The notes under the pieces were generated by a model. It was not told where the DNA came from. It was given only the letters and a program-made list of their open reading frames with translations, and ran no database searches. The position numbers and the translations under genes are program-made. A stretch of 64,000 nucleotides of DNA from Alphaproteobacteria bacterium (GTDB taxonomy: Bacteria; Pseudomonadota; Alphaproteobacteria; SP197): assembly GCA_965228895.1 (NCBI GenBank), contig OZ245842.1, positions 1,312,001-1,376,000 on the forward strand. The letters are read 5' to 3'. Below, piece by piece: positions 48,123 to 57,619 of the stretch; positions within the stretch are counted from its first letter, which is position 1, and each line of letters starts with the position of its first letter.

Positions 48123-48926
48123 TTAGAGGCGGTCCAGATCGCCGCCAAACTCCATCTCCGGAAAGATGCCGCCTTGCAGGGCATGCGCGACGTCACCGCC
48201 AGGCTCCGGTGGGTCCGCGGCTAACAGGCGTTCGGCGTAATCCTCGGCGTTGTCCTGAGGATCGTACCCCAGCTCGAACGCGCGCCGATTATCCCACCAC
48301 GCCCGCGTGTTACGCGAAATGCCATAGACGATCGCCAAGCCCAGATGCGGGGTCTCAAGGCCGGTCGTTACCAGACGCGCCATGTCGCCATAGCTCATCC
48401 AGGTTGCGAGTTGCCGGGCGTCCTGCGGCTCCGGCTGGAACGAACCGATCCGCATCGCCATGACGTCGAACTGGTGCTTATCGACATAAAGACTCGCAAG
48501 ATCTTCACCGAAAGCCTTGGAGAGTCCGTAACGGGTGTCCGGGCGCTGAGATACCCGTTCGTCAATCGGTTGATCACGGCGATAGAAACCGATGGCGTGG
48601 TTGGAACTGGCGAAGACGATCCGGCGTGCGCCGGCTTGACGCGCGGCCTCAAAGACGTTGTAGGTGCCCATGATGTTCGCAGGCAGAATCTTGTCCCAGG
48701 TATCCTCGCCGGGAATAGCGCCCAGATGGATCACCGCATCCATACCGTCCATCGCGGCTTGCACATCGTCCATATCGGCTAGTTCCGCTCTGACGAACTC
48801 TTCGCCTGGTCCAGTCGACGCGATATCAACCATGTCGCTCAGTCGAAGCAGGTCATAGCGCCCTGCCAGCTTCTTGCGCAAGACGCCGCCTATATGGCCC
48901 GCCGCGCCCGTCATCAGCACCCGCAT
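48123..48926 (-). CDS. NAD-dependent epimerase/uronate dehydrogenase-like
   Basis: VLMTGAAGHIG, FASSNHAIGF, RPDTRYGLSK, RIGSF and WWDN. Confidence 0.85.
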   Translation of the reverse strand: MRVLMTGAAGHIGGVLRKKLAGRYDLLRLSDMVDIASTGPGEEFVRAELADMDDVQAAMDGMDAVIHLGAIPGEDTWDKILPANIMGTYNVFEAARQAGARRIVFASSNHAIGFYRRDQPIDERVSQRPDTRYGLSKAFGEDLASLYVDKHQFDVMAMRIGSFQPEPQDARQLATWMSYGDMARLVTTGLETPHLGLAIVYGISRNTRAWWDNRRAFELGYDPQDNAEDYAERLLAADPPEPGGDVAHALQGGIFPEMEFGGDLDRL

Positions 48927-49078
48927 GGTCGTTCTATCCGGATCGGTTGATGAATGTGGCCGCATCATGATGGTTGGTACGGTGGAAAGATAGTCTGTGC
49001 ATCGCATTGGGCTGCTGATCTCAGCCGAAAACGGTATGCTTGGCGCGCACATTTTGCAGGTACCCAGGGAGATCGCAG

Positions 49079-49804
49079 GTGGCCGAGAACGCAAAGGCTG
49101 GGACACGACCCAAGGTAACCGCCCGGATTCGGCGCCATCTGCTGACCGGGCTGCTGACGGCCATTCCCCTGATGGTGACGTGGTTCGTGTTGGCGTTTCT
49201 GTTTCGCCTGCTGTCGCAGATCGGCGAGCCCTTGGTCGCCGGTCTGGCGCGCACCGTTCGCCGGGTCAACCCGGATATTGCCGACTTCCTGCTGGAGCCG
49301 TGGCTGGTGCCGGCGCTCTCGGTCTTGATGGTGATTGTGCTGCTCTACCTGCTCGGTGTGCTCGCCAGCCTGGTCGTCGGAAGGCGCCTGATCGGTGCGT
49401 TCGACATGTTCATGCAGCGCATTCCGCTGGTCCAAACCATCTACGGCGCGGTGAGCCAACTGCTTGGCGCCCTAAAACAAAAACCGGACGGCGTGCAGCG
49501 GGTCGTCCTCATCGATTTCCCGTCGCCGGAAATGAAGGCGGTCGGTTTTGTTACCAAGACGTTGAAGGATGCGGATACCGGAGACGAATTGGCCGCCGTC
49601 TACGTGCCGACCACGCCCAATCCGACCAGCGGTTATCTCGAGATCGTACCGGTCGATCGCGTCGTCTCGACGACATGGACATTCGACGAGGCGATGACGT
49701 TTATTGTCTCGGGCGGTGCGGTCTCAAAGGAGACCATGAACTATTCCAAGAGCGCCGAACCGCTGGAAGAGCCCACTGCCGCGGACGAGGAGGAAGCGCG
49801 GTAG
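49079..49804 (+). CDS. DUF502 domain membrane protein
   Basis: LTGLL..IPL.VT, RIPLV.TIY and YVPTTPNPTSGYL. Confidence 0.88.
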   Translation: MAENAKAGTRPKVTARIRRHLLTGLLTAIPLMVTWFVLAFLFRLLSQIGEPLVAGLARTVRRVNPDIADFLLEPWLVPALSVLMVIVLLYLLGVLASLVVGRRLIGAFDMFMQRIPLVQTIYGAVSQLLGALKQKPDGVQRVVLIDFPSPEMKAVGFVTKTLKDADTGDELAAVYVPTTPNPTSGYLEIVPVDRVVSTTWTFDEAMTFIVSGGAVSKETMNYSKSAEPLEEPTAADEEEAR

Positions 49805-49812
49805 GACCGAAC

Positions 49813-51765
49813 TCAAACCGCGACGCCGGCCTTCAACCCCTCAAGAACCGCTTCTTCGCAGGTGCGCGGGCTCAGGCAGTCGCCTGCCATATGGAGATCC
49901 CCAGACCAGTCCTCCAAGGCTTCGGCCAGTTCGTCGACCGACGTGTGACCAAGCGATGTAACCAGCGTGTCGACCTCGTCGACGATGATCGGTTCGCCGG
50001 ATGTCGCGTGCTGCAGGTAGACGCTGTCGGCATCAGCGCCGAACAGGCGGGCATAGGGGATGATCTCGACGCCCAGCTTGTGCAGTTCGCCGACCCAGCG
50101 GTCGCGCACGTACATCTGGATGCGCTGGCCGGGCATGTAGCCGTCGACGGCAAGTGTCACCGTGCAGCCGTCGCGCGCCAGCTTCTCGGCCATGCCAAGC
50201 CCGATCCAGTCGCAGCGCCAGTCGGCGATAACCACGCGGCTGCCGACATTGGCCTCACCCTTCAGCGCCGCCCAGGCATCCACGACGTGGGCTTCGTCGG
50301 CGCCCTCGATCGACGGCCGGCGGGGTAGGGCGCCGGTCGCCAGGATCACGGCATCCGGCGCCTCCTGTTCGACCAATGCCATATCGACGGCGGTGTTCTT
50401 GACCACTTTCACGCCGGCAAGTTCCATTTCGCGGGTGAGGTTGGTGATAATGCCGCCGAACTCCGCGCGGCCGGGCAGCATTTGCGCCAGCTGCGCCTGG
50501 CCGCCCAGTTGGCCGGTCGCCTCATAGAGCGTGACGTCATGGCCGCGTTCGGCGGCGACCGCGGCCGCCTTCATGCCGGCGGGACCGCCGCCGACAACCA
50601 TGACCTTGCGTGACTCGGCGGCCGGCTGGCGTTCGCCAAATTCAATCTCTCGTCCGGTTTCCGGATGCTGAATGCAGGAGATGCCGAGGCCGACCTGCAT
50701 GTGGCCGATGCACGCCTGGTTGCACGCGATACAGGCACGGATATCGTCGGTCCGGCCCTCGCGTGCCTTGTTCGCCATCTCGGGGTCGCAGATCTGCGCG
50801 CGCGTCATGCCGCACATGTCGGCCTGGCCGCCGGCGATGATCTTCTCGGCCTCCTGCGGCTGGTTGATGCGCCCGGCGACGAAGACGGGGATATCGATCA
50901 GCTTTTTGACGCTGTGCGCCATGGGCGCGAGGTAACCGTGTTCGATGTTCATCGGTGGCACGACATGGATCGAGCCTTTGAGCGCGATCATCGATCCGGC
51001 GATGACGTTCATATAGTCGAGACCGCCTTCGTTGCCGATGATGCGGCAGACCTCCATCAACTCGTCGGGATCGCCGCCCTCCGGGTGCATTTCGTCGCCG
51101 GAGATGCGCATGCCGACAACACGGTCGCCGCCGATCGCGTCGCGTACGCTGGCGATGACCTCGCGCAGAAACCGCATGCGGTTATCCAGGCTACCCCCAT
51201 AAGCGTCCGTCCGTCGGTTGACGTGCGGGTTCAGAAACTGCGCCGGCAACAGGCTGTGGCTCGAGAGGATTTCAACGCCGTCCAGACCAGCGCGCTTCAT
51301 GCGCGCGGCCGCCGCGCCATAGGCTTTGACCAGATCGGCGATCTGCGCCGACGACAGCGCCCGCGACACCATGTGCGAGCGTTCGGCGGTGTATTCGGAG
51401 GGGCCATAGGGAACGCCCAGCGAACCGTCGGTGGTGCCGACGCTATAGACGCCGCCGTGGCCGAGCTGCCCGAAGACCGCGCAGCCATAAGCGTGCACCG
51501 CATCGGCCGTGCGCTGGTAGCCTGGAATGCAGGCATCGTCGCCGGCGTTCAGATTGCGGTGGCCGGAGGTCCAGTGCAGCGCAGCCGCCTCGGTGATGAT
51601 CAGACCCGCGCCGCCTTTGGCACGGGCTTCGTGGTAGGCGACAAACCGATCATCGGGCAGATAGTTGTCGAGCAGGCACGTCATATGCCCGGTCGAGAAG
51701 ATACGGTTCTTGAAGGTCGCCGGGCCGACCTTGATGGGCGAAAAGAGATGGGGGAACGCGGTCAT
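49813..51765 (-). CDS. Multidomain OYE/FAD oxidoreductase (HpbA/DgcA-like), paralog of 22760-24721
   Basis: NRIFSTGH, YHEARAKGG, CIACNQACIGH..ISCIQHPETGRE and GGGPAGM. Confidence 0.85.
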   Translation of the reverse strand: MTAFPHLFSPIKVGPATFKNRIFSTGHMTCLLDNYLPDDRFVAYHEARAKGGAGLIITEAAALHWTSGHRNLNAGDDACIPGYQRTADAVHAYGCAVFGQLGHGGVYSVGTTDGSLGVPYGPSEYTAERSHMVSRALSSAQIADLVKAYGAAAARMKRAGLDGVEILSSHSLLPAQFLNPHVNRRTDAYGGSLDNRMRFLREVIASVRDAIGGDRVVGMRISGDEMHPEGGDPDELMEVCRIIGNEGGLDYMNVIAGSMIALKGSIHVVPPMNIEHGYLAPMAHSVKKLIDIPVFVAGRINQPQEAEKIIAGGQADMCGMTRAQICDPEMANKAREGRTDDIRACIACNQACIGHMQVGLGISCIQHPETGREIEFGERQPAAESRKVMVVGGGPAGMKAAAVAAERGHDVTLYEATGQLGGQAQLAQMLPGRAEFGGIITNLTREMELAGVKVVKNTAVDMALVEQEAPDAVILATGALPRRPSIEGADEAHVVDAWAALKGEANVGSRVVIADWRCDWIGLGMAEKLARDGCTVTLAVDGYMPGQRIQMYVRDRWVGELHKLGVEIIPYARLFGADADSVYLQHATSGEPIIVDEVDTLVTSLGHTSVDELAEALEDWSGDLHMAGDCLSPRTCEEAVLEGLKAGVAV

Positions 51766-51810
51766 GGTGCTCTCGGTCCTGGATCCTGTGGGACCGGAGC
51801 ATAGGCGCCT

Positions 51811-52191
51811 CTACAGCGCAGACAAAGCGCCGATCAGACCGACAAGCCACAAAATTGAGGCGGCCGCGAAGGCAATCAAAAAGCCCGGACCGCGCGTGGG
51901 GGGATCGTTCTTATAGGTGATCGCGTACAGAACCCGCCCGATGATCCATACCAGGCCGCCAATGCCGGCCCAGGTCCACGTCACGAAGTAGCCGCAGATC
52001 CACATGCTGGGCAGAAAGAAGAGCATCTGCTCGGCGGTATTCTGGTGAATGCGGAAAGCGCGCTCGAACTTTTCGTCGCCGACCGTCGCCGGCGCCTTGA
52101 TCCCCGCCTTGCCGCGGTGTTGCGCCGTGCGCGCCGCGAGGAACGTATAGAAGCCGAGAGCAAGTAGCGTCACCAGCGCGACGAAGGCCAT
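51811..52191 (-). CDS. MAPEG family membrane protein
   Basis: APATVG..FERAFRIHQNT.E and GRVLYA. Confidence 0.88.
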   Translation of the reverse strand: MAFVALVTLLALGFYTFLAARTAQHRGKAGIKAPATVGDEKFERAFRIHQNTAEQMLFFLPSMWICGYFVTWTWAGIGGLVWIIGRVLYAITYKNDPPTRGPGFLIAFAAASILWLVGLIGALSAL

Positions 52192-52215
52192 GGGTCGAGG
52201 ACTCCTTACCGCGGT

Positions 52216-53118
52216 CTAGAACGAGATTGGCGCGAACTGGGATGCGACCGCCGCGGCAGCCAACATCAGAAGAAACGTGCCCACCGAGACGCCGACAACC
52301 GTCGCGGGGCTCGGCTCGGGCATGGCGCTGCCGTGGTCACGTCCTCCGCTACCGCTTTGGCCGCCATGGTGGTGGCCCTCATGCCCGCCCGCGCCATGGT
52401 GATCATGACCGGTCATGGCATGGCCCTCGTGGTCACCATGCCCGCCCATTGTGGTCGCGGCCTTGTCGGCGGATGGCGCCGACATCATGCCGTGCTTGTA
52501 GCCTTTGCCGACCAGCCAGGAATTGATCGGGTAGGCGGTCACGCCGCCGATCAGGGTCGCCACCGACATGACACCCCAAAAGGCTGGGTTCCAGGGGTTG
52601 TCGCCTTCCGGCACCACGTGCATCAGGATGATCATGGTCGGGATCATGCCGAACATCACCATGTTCATGGAGACGGTCTCGGCGAAGAAAGTCTTCCTGA
52701 CCGCAACCCAGTAGCTGCCGAACATGGATTTCATGAACAGCGCCTGAAAGACCAGAAGGCCCACCACAAAGGCCGACAGGTACTCGATGATGAGGTCGAT
52801 GCCGTTCGGCAGCATGAAGTGATAGACGATGGCGGCCGAGATGATGATGCCCGTGGCATCGCCCGCCAGACAATGGGCCATCGAGCCGATCGTCTGTTTC
52901 CAATGGGCGGCAATGAAAGGGTCGTGGGTGCCGGGCGAGGGCTGGCGGCAGGTCAGCAGGTAGACGAACAGGCCGATCGGTCCGGTGTAGAGAATGACCA
53001 GCACCCAGGCGAGCCTCATGACCCCGACCGAAGGCGTGTTGGTCGCCTGGTCCCAGATGACGAACACCACCGCGCCAAACGTCAACGCGTACCAGACAAG
53101 CAAGGCACCCATCAGCAT
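52216..53118 (-). CDS. DUF4396-like membrane protein with His-rich segment
   Basis: HCLAGD..G, AETVSM, AYPINSWLV.KG.KHGM and a His/Gly-rich tail. Confidence 0.8.
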   Translation of the reverse strand: MLMGALLVWYALTFGAVVFVIWDQATNTPSVGVMRLAWVLVILYTGPIGLFVYLLTCRQPSPGTHDPFIAAHWKQTIGSMAHCLAGDATGIIISAAIVYHFMLPNGIDLIIEYLSAFVVGLLVFQALFMKSMFGSYWVAVRKTFFAETVSMNMVMFGMIPTMIILMHVVPEGDNPWNPAFWGVMSVATLIGGVTAYPINSWLVGKGYKHGMMSAPSADKAATTMGGHGDHEGHAMTGHDHHGAGGHEGHHHGGQSGSGGRDHGSAMPEPSPATVVGVSVGTFLLMLAAAAVASQFAPISF

Positions 53119-53264
53119 GCCGATTCCCCCTTAGTCGTCTGCGCTGCTACCGCCATCGAGCCACGGAAAGGTGCCGGTGGCATAACTCGCTTGTCCCTAA
53201 AATCCATCCCCATCCCCACGAGCATGGTGGACCGTCGGCAAGCCGCTGTGAAGGGGACAAGGGG

Positions 53265-54332
53265 TTAGGCGACCGCGGGCCTTATGAATCGGGCATAGGC
53301 AAAGCGCGCCAGATGGCGGGTGACGCGCCACGCGATCCAGCCGGGGATCGAGGCCAGAACGCCATAGAGCGCGGCAACCAGGATGCGCATCAGCGGCCAT
53401 CCGCGCTTGAACAGGCGAAGGCTCGTCTTGCCGGTCAGCTCGATCACCGCGCGCGTCTTCTTGCCCAGCACCTTGGCCATGGCCGCGACCTCGCCAATCT
53501 CCGTGGCACTTCGAATATGGGGAAGAATGCGCATCGTTTCCGCCGGACCAAGACGCGAGGAGATGTCGCCGATGTCATCAAGCGTCGCGACGAGGCGGCT
53601 ATGACGTGCCGTTTCCAGATGCTGGCCGGCAACGCGTTTTAAACCGGTGATGTCCGTCGCGTCGACGCTGGTGAGGTCCGTTCTCAGCCGGGTCAGGTCG
53701 ACGGCCTGGCGGGCCAGCCCGGCCATGTCGTCCAGCAAGGGTGCGGCCAGGCGTCCGGTACGTTTCGCGGCCTTCGTGACCGAGGCGCCGACCCGGACCG
53801 GCAGCGCCGCGCCGCCGGTTGCCCAGGTCGCCGTCGTGATGCCCAGACCGACGCCGGAGAGCACGAGGATGAACTCATCATAAGGTTCGCCCGCGACCAT
53901 TGCGCCGCCTTCTAGAGCAATATCCCTGACGTCGCCGACGACGGTCAGGTCGGACGCCACGGCACCACCGAACGACGCGATATCGTCGGTCTCGCCCGTG
54001 ACGAAACCCGCCGCGAAGCTCGTGCTTTCGCGCCACGTGCTCTGCCAGACGCCATGGGCTTCGTTCAGATCGGCGAGCAGCTCGGGTGGCAGGCTATAGC
54101 CCGTGAAGGTTGCCGTCTCGGCATAGATGTCGGCGGTTTCGACGTCATCCTCGGCCAAGGCCGTCTCGACCTGTGCGGCAAAGTCTTCCGCGGTCAGCGT
54201 GGCGCGCAGGGCGTCATGGACCACCATCGCCTCGGACCGGTCGTCGGCCATGATGATCACAGCCGCGGCGATCGCCGCAATCCAAAACAAGACGATTGCC
54301 GCATATGTACGCCATCTGCCCATGACCGCCAT
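53265..54332 (-). CDS. Hypothetical membrane-anchored protein
   Basis: 355-aa ORF with N- and C-terminal hydrophobic segments and SDLTVVGDVRD; no function recognised. Confidence 0.7.
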   Translation of the reverse strand: MAVMGRWRTYAAIVLFWIAAIAAAVIIMADDRSEAMVVHDALRATLTAEDFAAQVETALAEDDVETADIYAETATFTGYSLPPELLADLNEAHGVWQSTWRESTSFAAGFVTGETDDIASFGGAVASDLTVVGDVRDIALEGGAMVAGEPYDEFILVLSGVGLGITTATWATGGAALPVRVGASVTKAAKRTGRLAAPLLDDMAGLARQAVDLTRLRTDLTSVDATDITGLKRVAGQHLETARHSRLVATLDDIGDISSRLGPAETMRILPHIRSATEIGEVAAMAKVLGKKTRAVIELTGKTSLRLFKRGWPLMRILVAALYGVLASIPGWIAWRVTRHLARFAYARFIRPAVA

Positions 54333-54465
54333 GGTGACGGTTAAATGCGGGCAAAATCATGGCCTTTCAATAAGTTGGGCCGTGAGTTGAAAGTGGCATA
54401 TCAGCAGGCCTGCCGTGCGGCGCTTGCCCCAATTCAATCGGAAATTACTGAGTTAAGCCGTAGGG

Positions 54466-55071
54466 TTAGGCGGCTTTCTTCAGCCGGTCGAACGCCGCGA
54501 TCACGTCGGCCGTCGTGCAGCGTGCCCCGGTCTGCAGATACTCCATGGCGTCCAGTGACGCTTCGTGACGGGCATAGGTCGAGCCGCCGACGCAGTCTTC
54601 GACCACCCGCATGTAGTAGTCATGCTGGTGGCCGTCGACAAAGGTGTAGTGGACGCAGACGTCCGTCAGCTCGCCGCACAGGATCAGGGTATCGGCCTTC
54701 AGGCCTTTCAGCAGGATTTCCAGATCGGTGCCAAAAAAGGCGGAATAGCGCCGTTTGGCGATGTGATACTCGCCTTCCTGCGGTTGAACGCGGCGATGAA
54801 TGGCCGTGCTGGGCACGCCTTCGATGCAGTGCACGTCCTCGCTGCCGTCGAGTTCGCGGCCGAAGTCCACATGGTCCGGGCGATGGACTTCCTGGATGAA
54901 GACGAGCGGGATGCCGTTCTGGCGCGCGGCGCCGACCAATTTTTCGGCGTTGTCGAGCAGCCGGTCGCGGTCGCCCATATAGGGAATGCCTGAATCGCCG
55001 GAGTCGTCGTTATCGCCGCCCTGAATGTCGATCACGACCAGAACCGGCCTTCCTTCGATAAACGCTGGCAT
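54466..55071 (-). CDS. Isochorismatase/cysteine hydrolase family protein
   Basis: VVIDIQ, KRRYSAFFGTDL and GELTDVCV. Confidence 0.9.
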   Translation of the reverse strand: MPAFIEGRPVLVVIDIQGGDNDDSGDSGIPYMGDRDRLLDNAEKLVGAARQNGIPLVFIQEVHRPDHVDFGRELDGSEDVHCIEGVPSTAIHRRVQPQEGEYHIAKRRYSAFFGTDLEILLKGLKADTLILCGELTDVCVHYTFVDGHQHDYYMRVVEDCVGGSTYARHEASLDAMEYLQTGARCTTADVIAAFDRLKKAA

Positions 55072-55123
55072 CTGAGCCTCCTCAGTCAGAATGGACCATG
55101 TTAGGCCTTTTGGCGCCGAGCGC

Positions 55124-55645
55124 CTACAGGCTGCGGCACATGAAGACGCGCCGTGACGTGTCGAGGCCGAACGCCGCTTCTTCGGATTCGATCCGGCGCA
55201 AAGCGGGCGTCAGAGCGTCCGATCCCAGGCGCTCGAAACCCAGCCGCTCGTAATAGGGTGCGTTCCACGGCACATTGGCGAAGGTCGAGAGCAAGACGGT
55301 GCGATCACCGCGATCTTTCGCGGCATCGCAGACCGCGTCGATCAAGCGTCTGCCGATGCCGCGCCGCTGATAGGCGCGCATCACATCGAGTTCCTGGATA
55401 TAGAACGCGTCATCGACGAGCCGGGCATAGACGAACCCAATGGGCACATCGTTGATGTCGCAGGCGACCCATAGCCTCGATTCGGCCTGAGCATCGCGCA
55501 GGGTTTCGAGGTCGGTGGGCGGGTCGTCATCGATGTCGGCCATACCGACATCACGAAAGATGCCGGCCGCGTCATCCTCGATCAGACGGCACGCCTGCAG
55601 GTCTTCAAGCCGTGCCGGGCGAATGTTGATGGCGTCGTCAGGCGT
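55124..55645 (-). CDS. GNAT family N-acetyltransferase (start uncertain; the frame is open up to the MOSC stop)
   Basis: IRPARLEDL N-terminal strand lies upstream of the first ATG (55543); ELDV..YQRRGIGRRL and TFANVPWNAPYYERLGF. Confidence 0.8.
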   Translation of the reverse strand, partial: TPDDAINIRPARLEDLQACRLIEDDAAGIFRDVGMADIDDDPPTDLETLRDAQAESRLWVACDINDVPIGFVYARLVDDAFYIQELDVMRAYQRRGIGRRLIDAVCDAAKDRGDRTVLLSTFANVPWNAPYYERLGFERLGSDALTPALRRIESEEAAFGLDTSRRVFMCRSL

Positions 55646-55657
55646 TGGAACGGCTCC

Positions 55658-56098
55658 TCAGTCGTCCAACGCGACCGCGTCGCCCACGGCGACATGGCCT
55701 GGCGACGTGACGCGGCAGGTGACGCCGCCGCGCCAGTCCGGCGTCAGGGCCTGACGTAACCCGGCGACCTGTTCTTCCATACGGTTGCACGGGTCGGTCT
55801 CGCCGGTGATCTGAAGCGCCAGATCGCCGATACGAATGGTCTTGCCGACCTTGCCTTCGACCCTGAGGCCCTCGATCAGGATGTTGGAGCGTCGTGTGGT
55901 CCAGGGGATCTTTTTGCCCAGCTCGTCGCAGGCGGCCTGCCAGCTCTCTCGGGTCAGAACGGTGACCTGCCGGTCATCGGGTTCACCGCGGTAGTCGCCG
56001 TCGACACCGGCCTCCAACGAGACGCCTGCTTCGTTCAATTCCTCCATGGGCGCACGCGACTTTTCCCTGCGCGCGATGGAAAGAACACGTCCCGTCAT
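55658..56098 (-). CDS. MOSC domain protein
   Basis: GVDGD, RQVTVL, RRSNILIEG, TGETDPCNRM and WRGGVTCRV. Confidence 0.88.
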   Translation of the reverse strand: MTGRVLSIARREKSRAPMEELNEAGVSLEAGVDGDYRGEPDDRQVTVLTRESWQAACDELGKKIPWTTRRSNILIEGLRVEGKVGKTIRIGDLALQITGETDPCNRMEEQVAGLRQALTPDWRGGVTCRVTSPGHVAVGDAVALDD

Positions 56099-56265
56099 GG
56101 CCGGTTTCTCCGTTTCCTGATTGATCGACGCGCATCCTGTCGTCTATGGCGGTGTCGCGCAAGGTTTCAGCCCCGGCTTCTCGGGATATGCTTACGCACA
56201 ACCGGCAGGGGTGTCGCAAAGACGCCTCTTTCCCGTAACAGGATCCAATGCAAAGGGCAGACAGC

Positions 56266-57288
56266 ATGACGACAACCATCAATCGCCGAATTATCCTCGC
56301 CAAGCGTCCGGTCGGGCTGCCGACGGACGATGACCTGAAACTTGTCGAAGGCGCTGTCCCGGCGCCCGGTGACGGCGAGGTGCTGGTCCGCACGATCTAT
56401 CTGAGCCTCGATCCCTACATGCGCGGCATGATGGATGACGCGGAGTCCTATGACGCACCGATCGGTCTTGGCGAGGTCATTGTCGGCGGCACGGTGGGCG
56501 AAGTCGTCGAGTCAAAGTCTCCGGCCCTGAATGTCGGTGATCTGGTCGAGGCGTATTCCGGTTGGCAAGACTATGCGGTGTTCCCCGCCGGTCAGGTCCG
56601 CAAGCTCGATCCCGCTTTGGCGCCGCTCACCACTGCGCTTGGCGTGCTCGGCATGCCGGGACTGACGGCCTATCACGGTCTGCTTGAGGTCGGTCAGCCC
56701 AAGGCTGGCGAAACGGTTTTCGTTTCGGCCGCCTCCGGCGCGGTCGGGGCGACGGTCGGACAGATAGCCAAGATCAAGGGTTGTTGTGTCGCCGGGTGCG
56801 CCGGGTCCGACGCCAAGGTCGCGTACTGTCTTGACGACTGCGGCTATGACGCGTGTTTCAACTACAAGACATGCGGCGACATTGCCGACGCCATGCGCGC
56901 GACGTGTCAGGACGGCATCGATGTCTATTTCGAGAATGTCGGCGGTGTGATCGGCCGCACCGCATTTGATCAACTCAACCTTCACGGCCGTGTCGCGGTG
57001 TGCGGCTCTATCTCCAACTACAATGCCACTGAACCGGAGATGGTGCCGGACGAGCTTTGGAAGTTCATCGTCAAGCGGGCGCGTATGGAAGGTCTGCTGG
57101 TCACCGATTTTGCGGATGGGCATGCTGCCGCGATCGCTGAGATGGCCGGCTGGATCAAGGACGGCCGCCTGACCTATCGCGAGACCATCGTCGACGGGTT
57201 GGAGAAAGCGCCCGCCGCGTTCAACGGCCTGTTCAGCGGCGACAACTTCGGTAAGCTTGTTATCCGGGTTGCCGACGCGCCGGGTTAG
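56266..57288 (+). CDS. NADP-dependent oxidoreductase (CurA/prostaglandin reductase-like MDR)
   Basis: LSLDPYMRG, LGMPGLTAY, VSAASGAVG, DVYFENVGG and GDNFGKLV. Confidence 0.92.
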   Translation: MTTTINRRIILAKRPVGLPTDDDLKLVEGAVPAPGDGEVLVRTIYLSLDPYMRGMMDDAESYDAPIGLGEVIVGGTVGEVVESKSPALNVGDLVEAYSGWQDYAVFPAGQVRKLDPALAPLTTALGVLGMPGLTAYHGLLEVGQPKAGETVFVSAASGAVGATVGQIAKIKGCCVAGCAGSDAKVAYCLDDCGYDACFNYKTCGDIADAMRATCQDGIDVYFENVGGVIGRTAFDQLNLHGRVAVCGSISNYNATEPEMVPDELWKFIVKRARMEGLLVTDFADGHAAAIAEMAGWIKDGRLTYRETIVDGLEKAPAAFNGLFSGDNFGKLVIRVADAPG

Positions 57289-57334
57289 ATCGTCATCGGG
57301 CGGTTGTGCTCAACGGGTTAGAGTGGAGTTTCTT

Positions 57335-57601
57335 ATGCGTTTTCTTGCGACGCTTTTGGTGGTTCTGTTGCTGGCGCCGGGTATCGTCCAGGCCCAGTAC
57401 GATGATCCGGATTCCGATTTGCTGAATATCGAGCCGGGCACGGTCGATCCCGACAGCGATCAGATCGATATTCCGTTGGGCGACGACAGTGGCACCAAAG
57501 ACGCTGAGACGGATCGCGTGACCGAAGAGACGCTGTGCTGTCAGATGCCGGACGACGTGCGCGAGGCCGACGAACTGTGTGCTGACGTCGAGTGTCCTTA
57601 A
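57335..57601 (+). CDS. Small secreted acidic protein with 4 Cys
   Basis: GGAG RBS, signal peptide ending VQA, D/E-rich mature region and CC..C..C tail. Confidence 0.7.
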   Translation: MRFLATLLVVLLLAPGIVQAQYDDPDSDLLNIEPGTVDPDSDQIDIPLGDDSGTKDAETDRVTEETLCCQMPDDVREADELCADVECP

Positions 57602-57619
57602 CGACGCTGGAGCGCCTGC

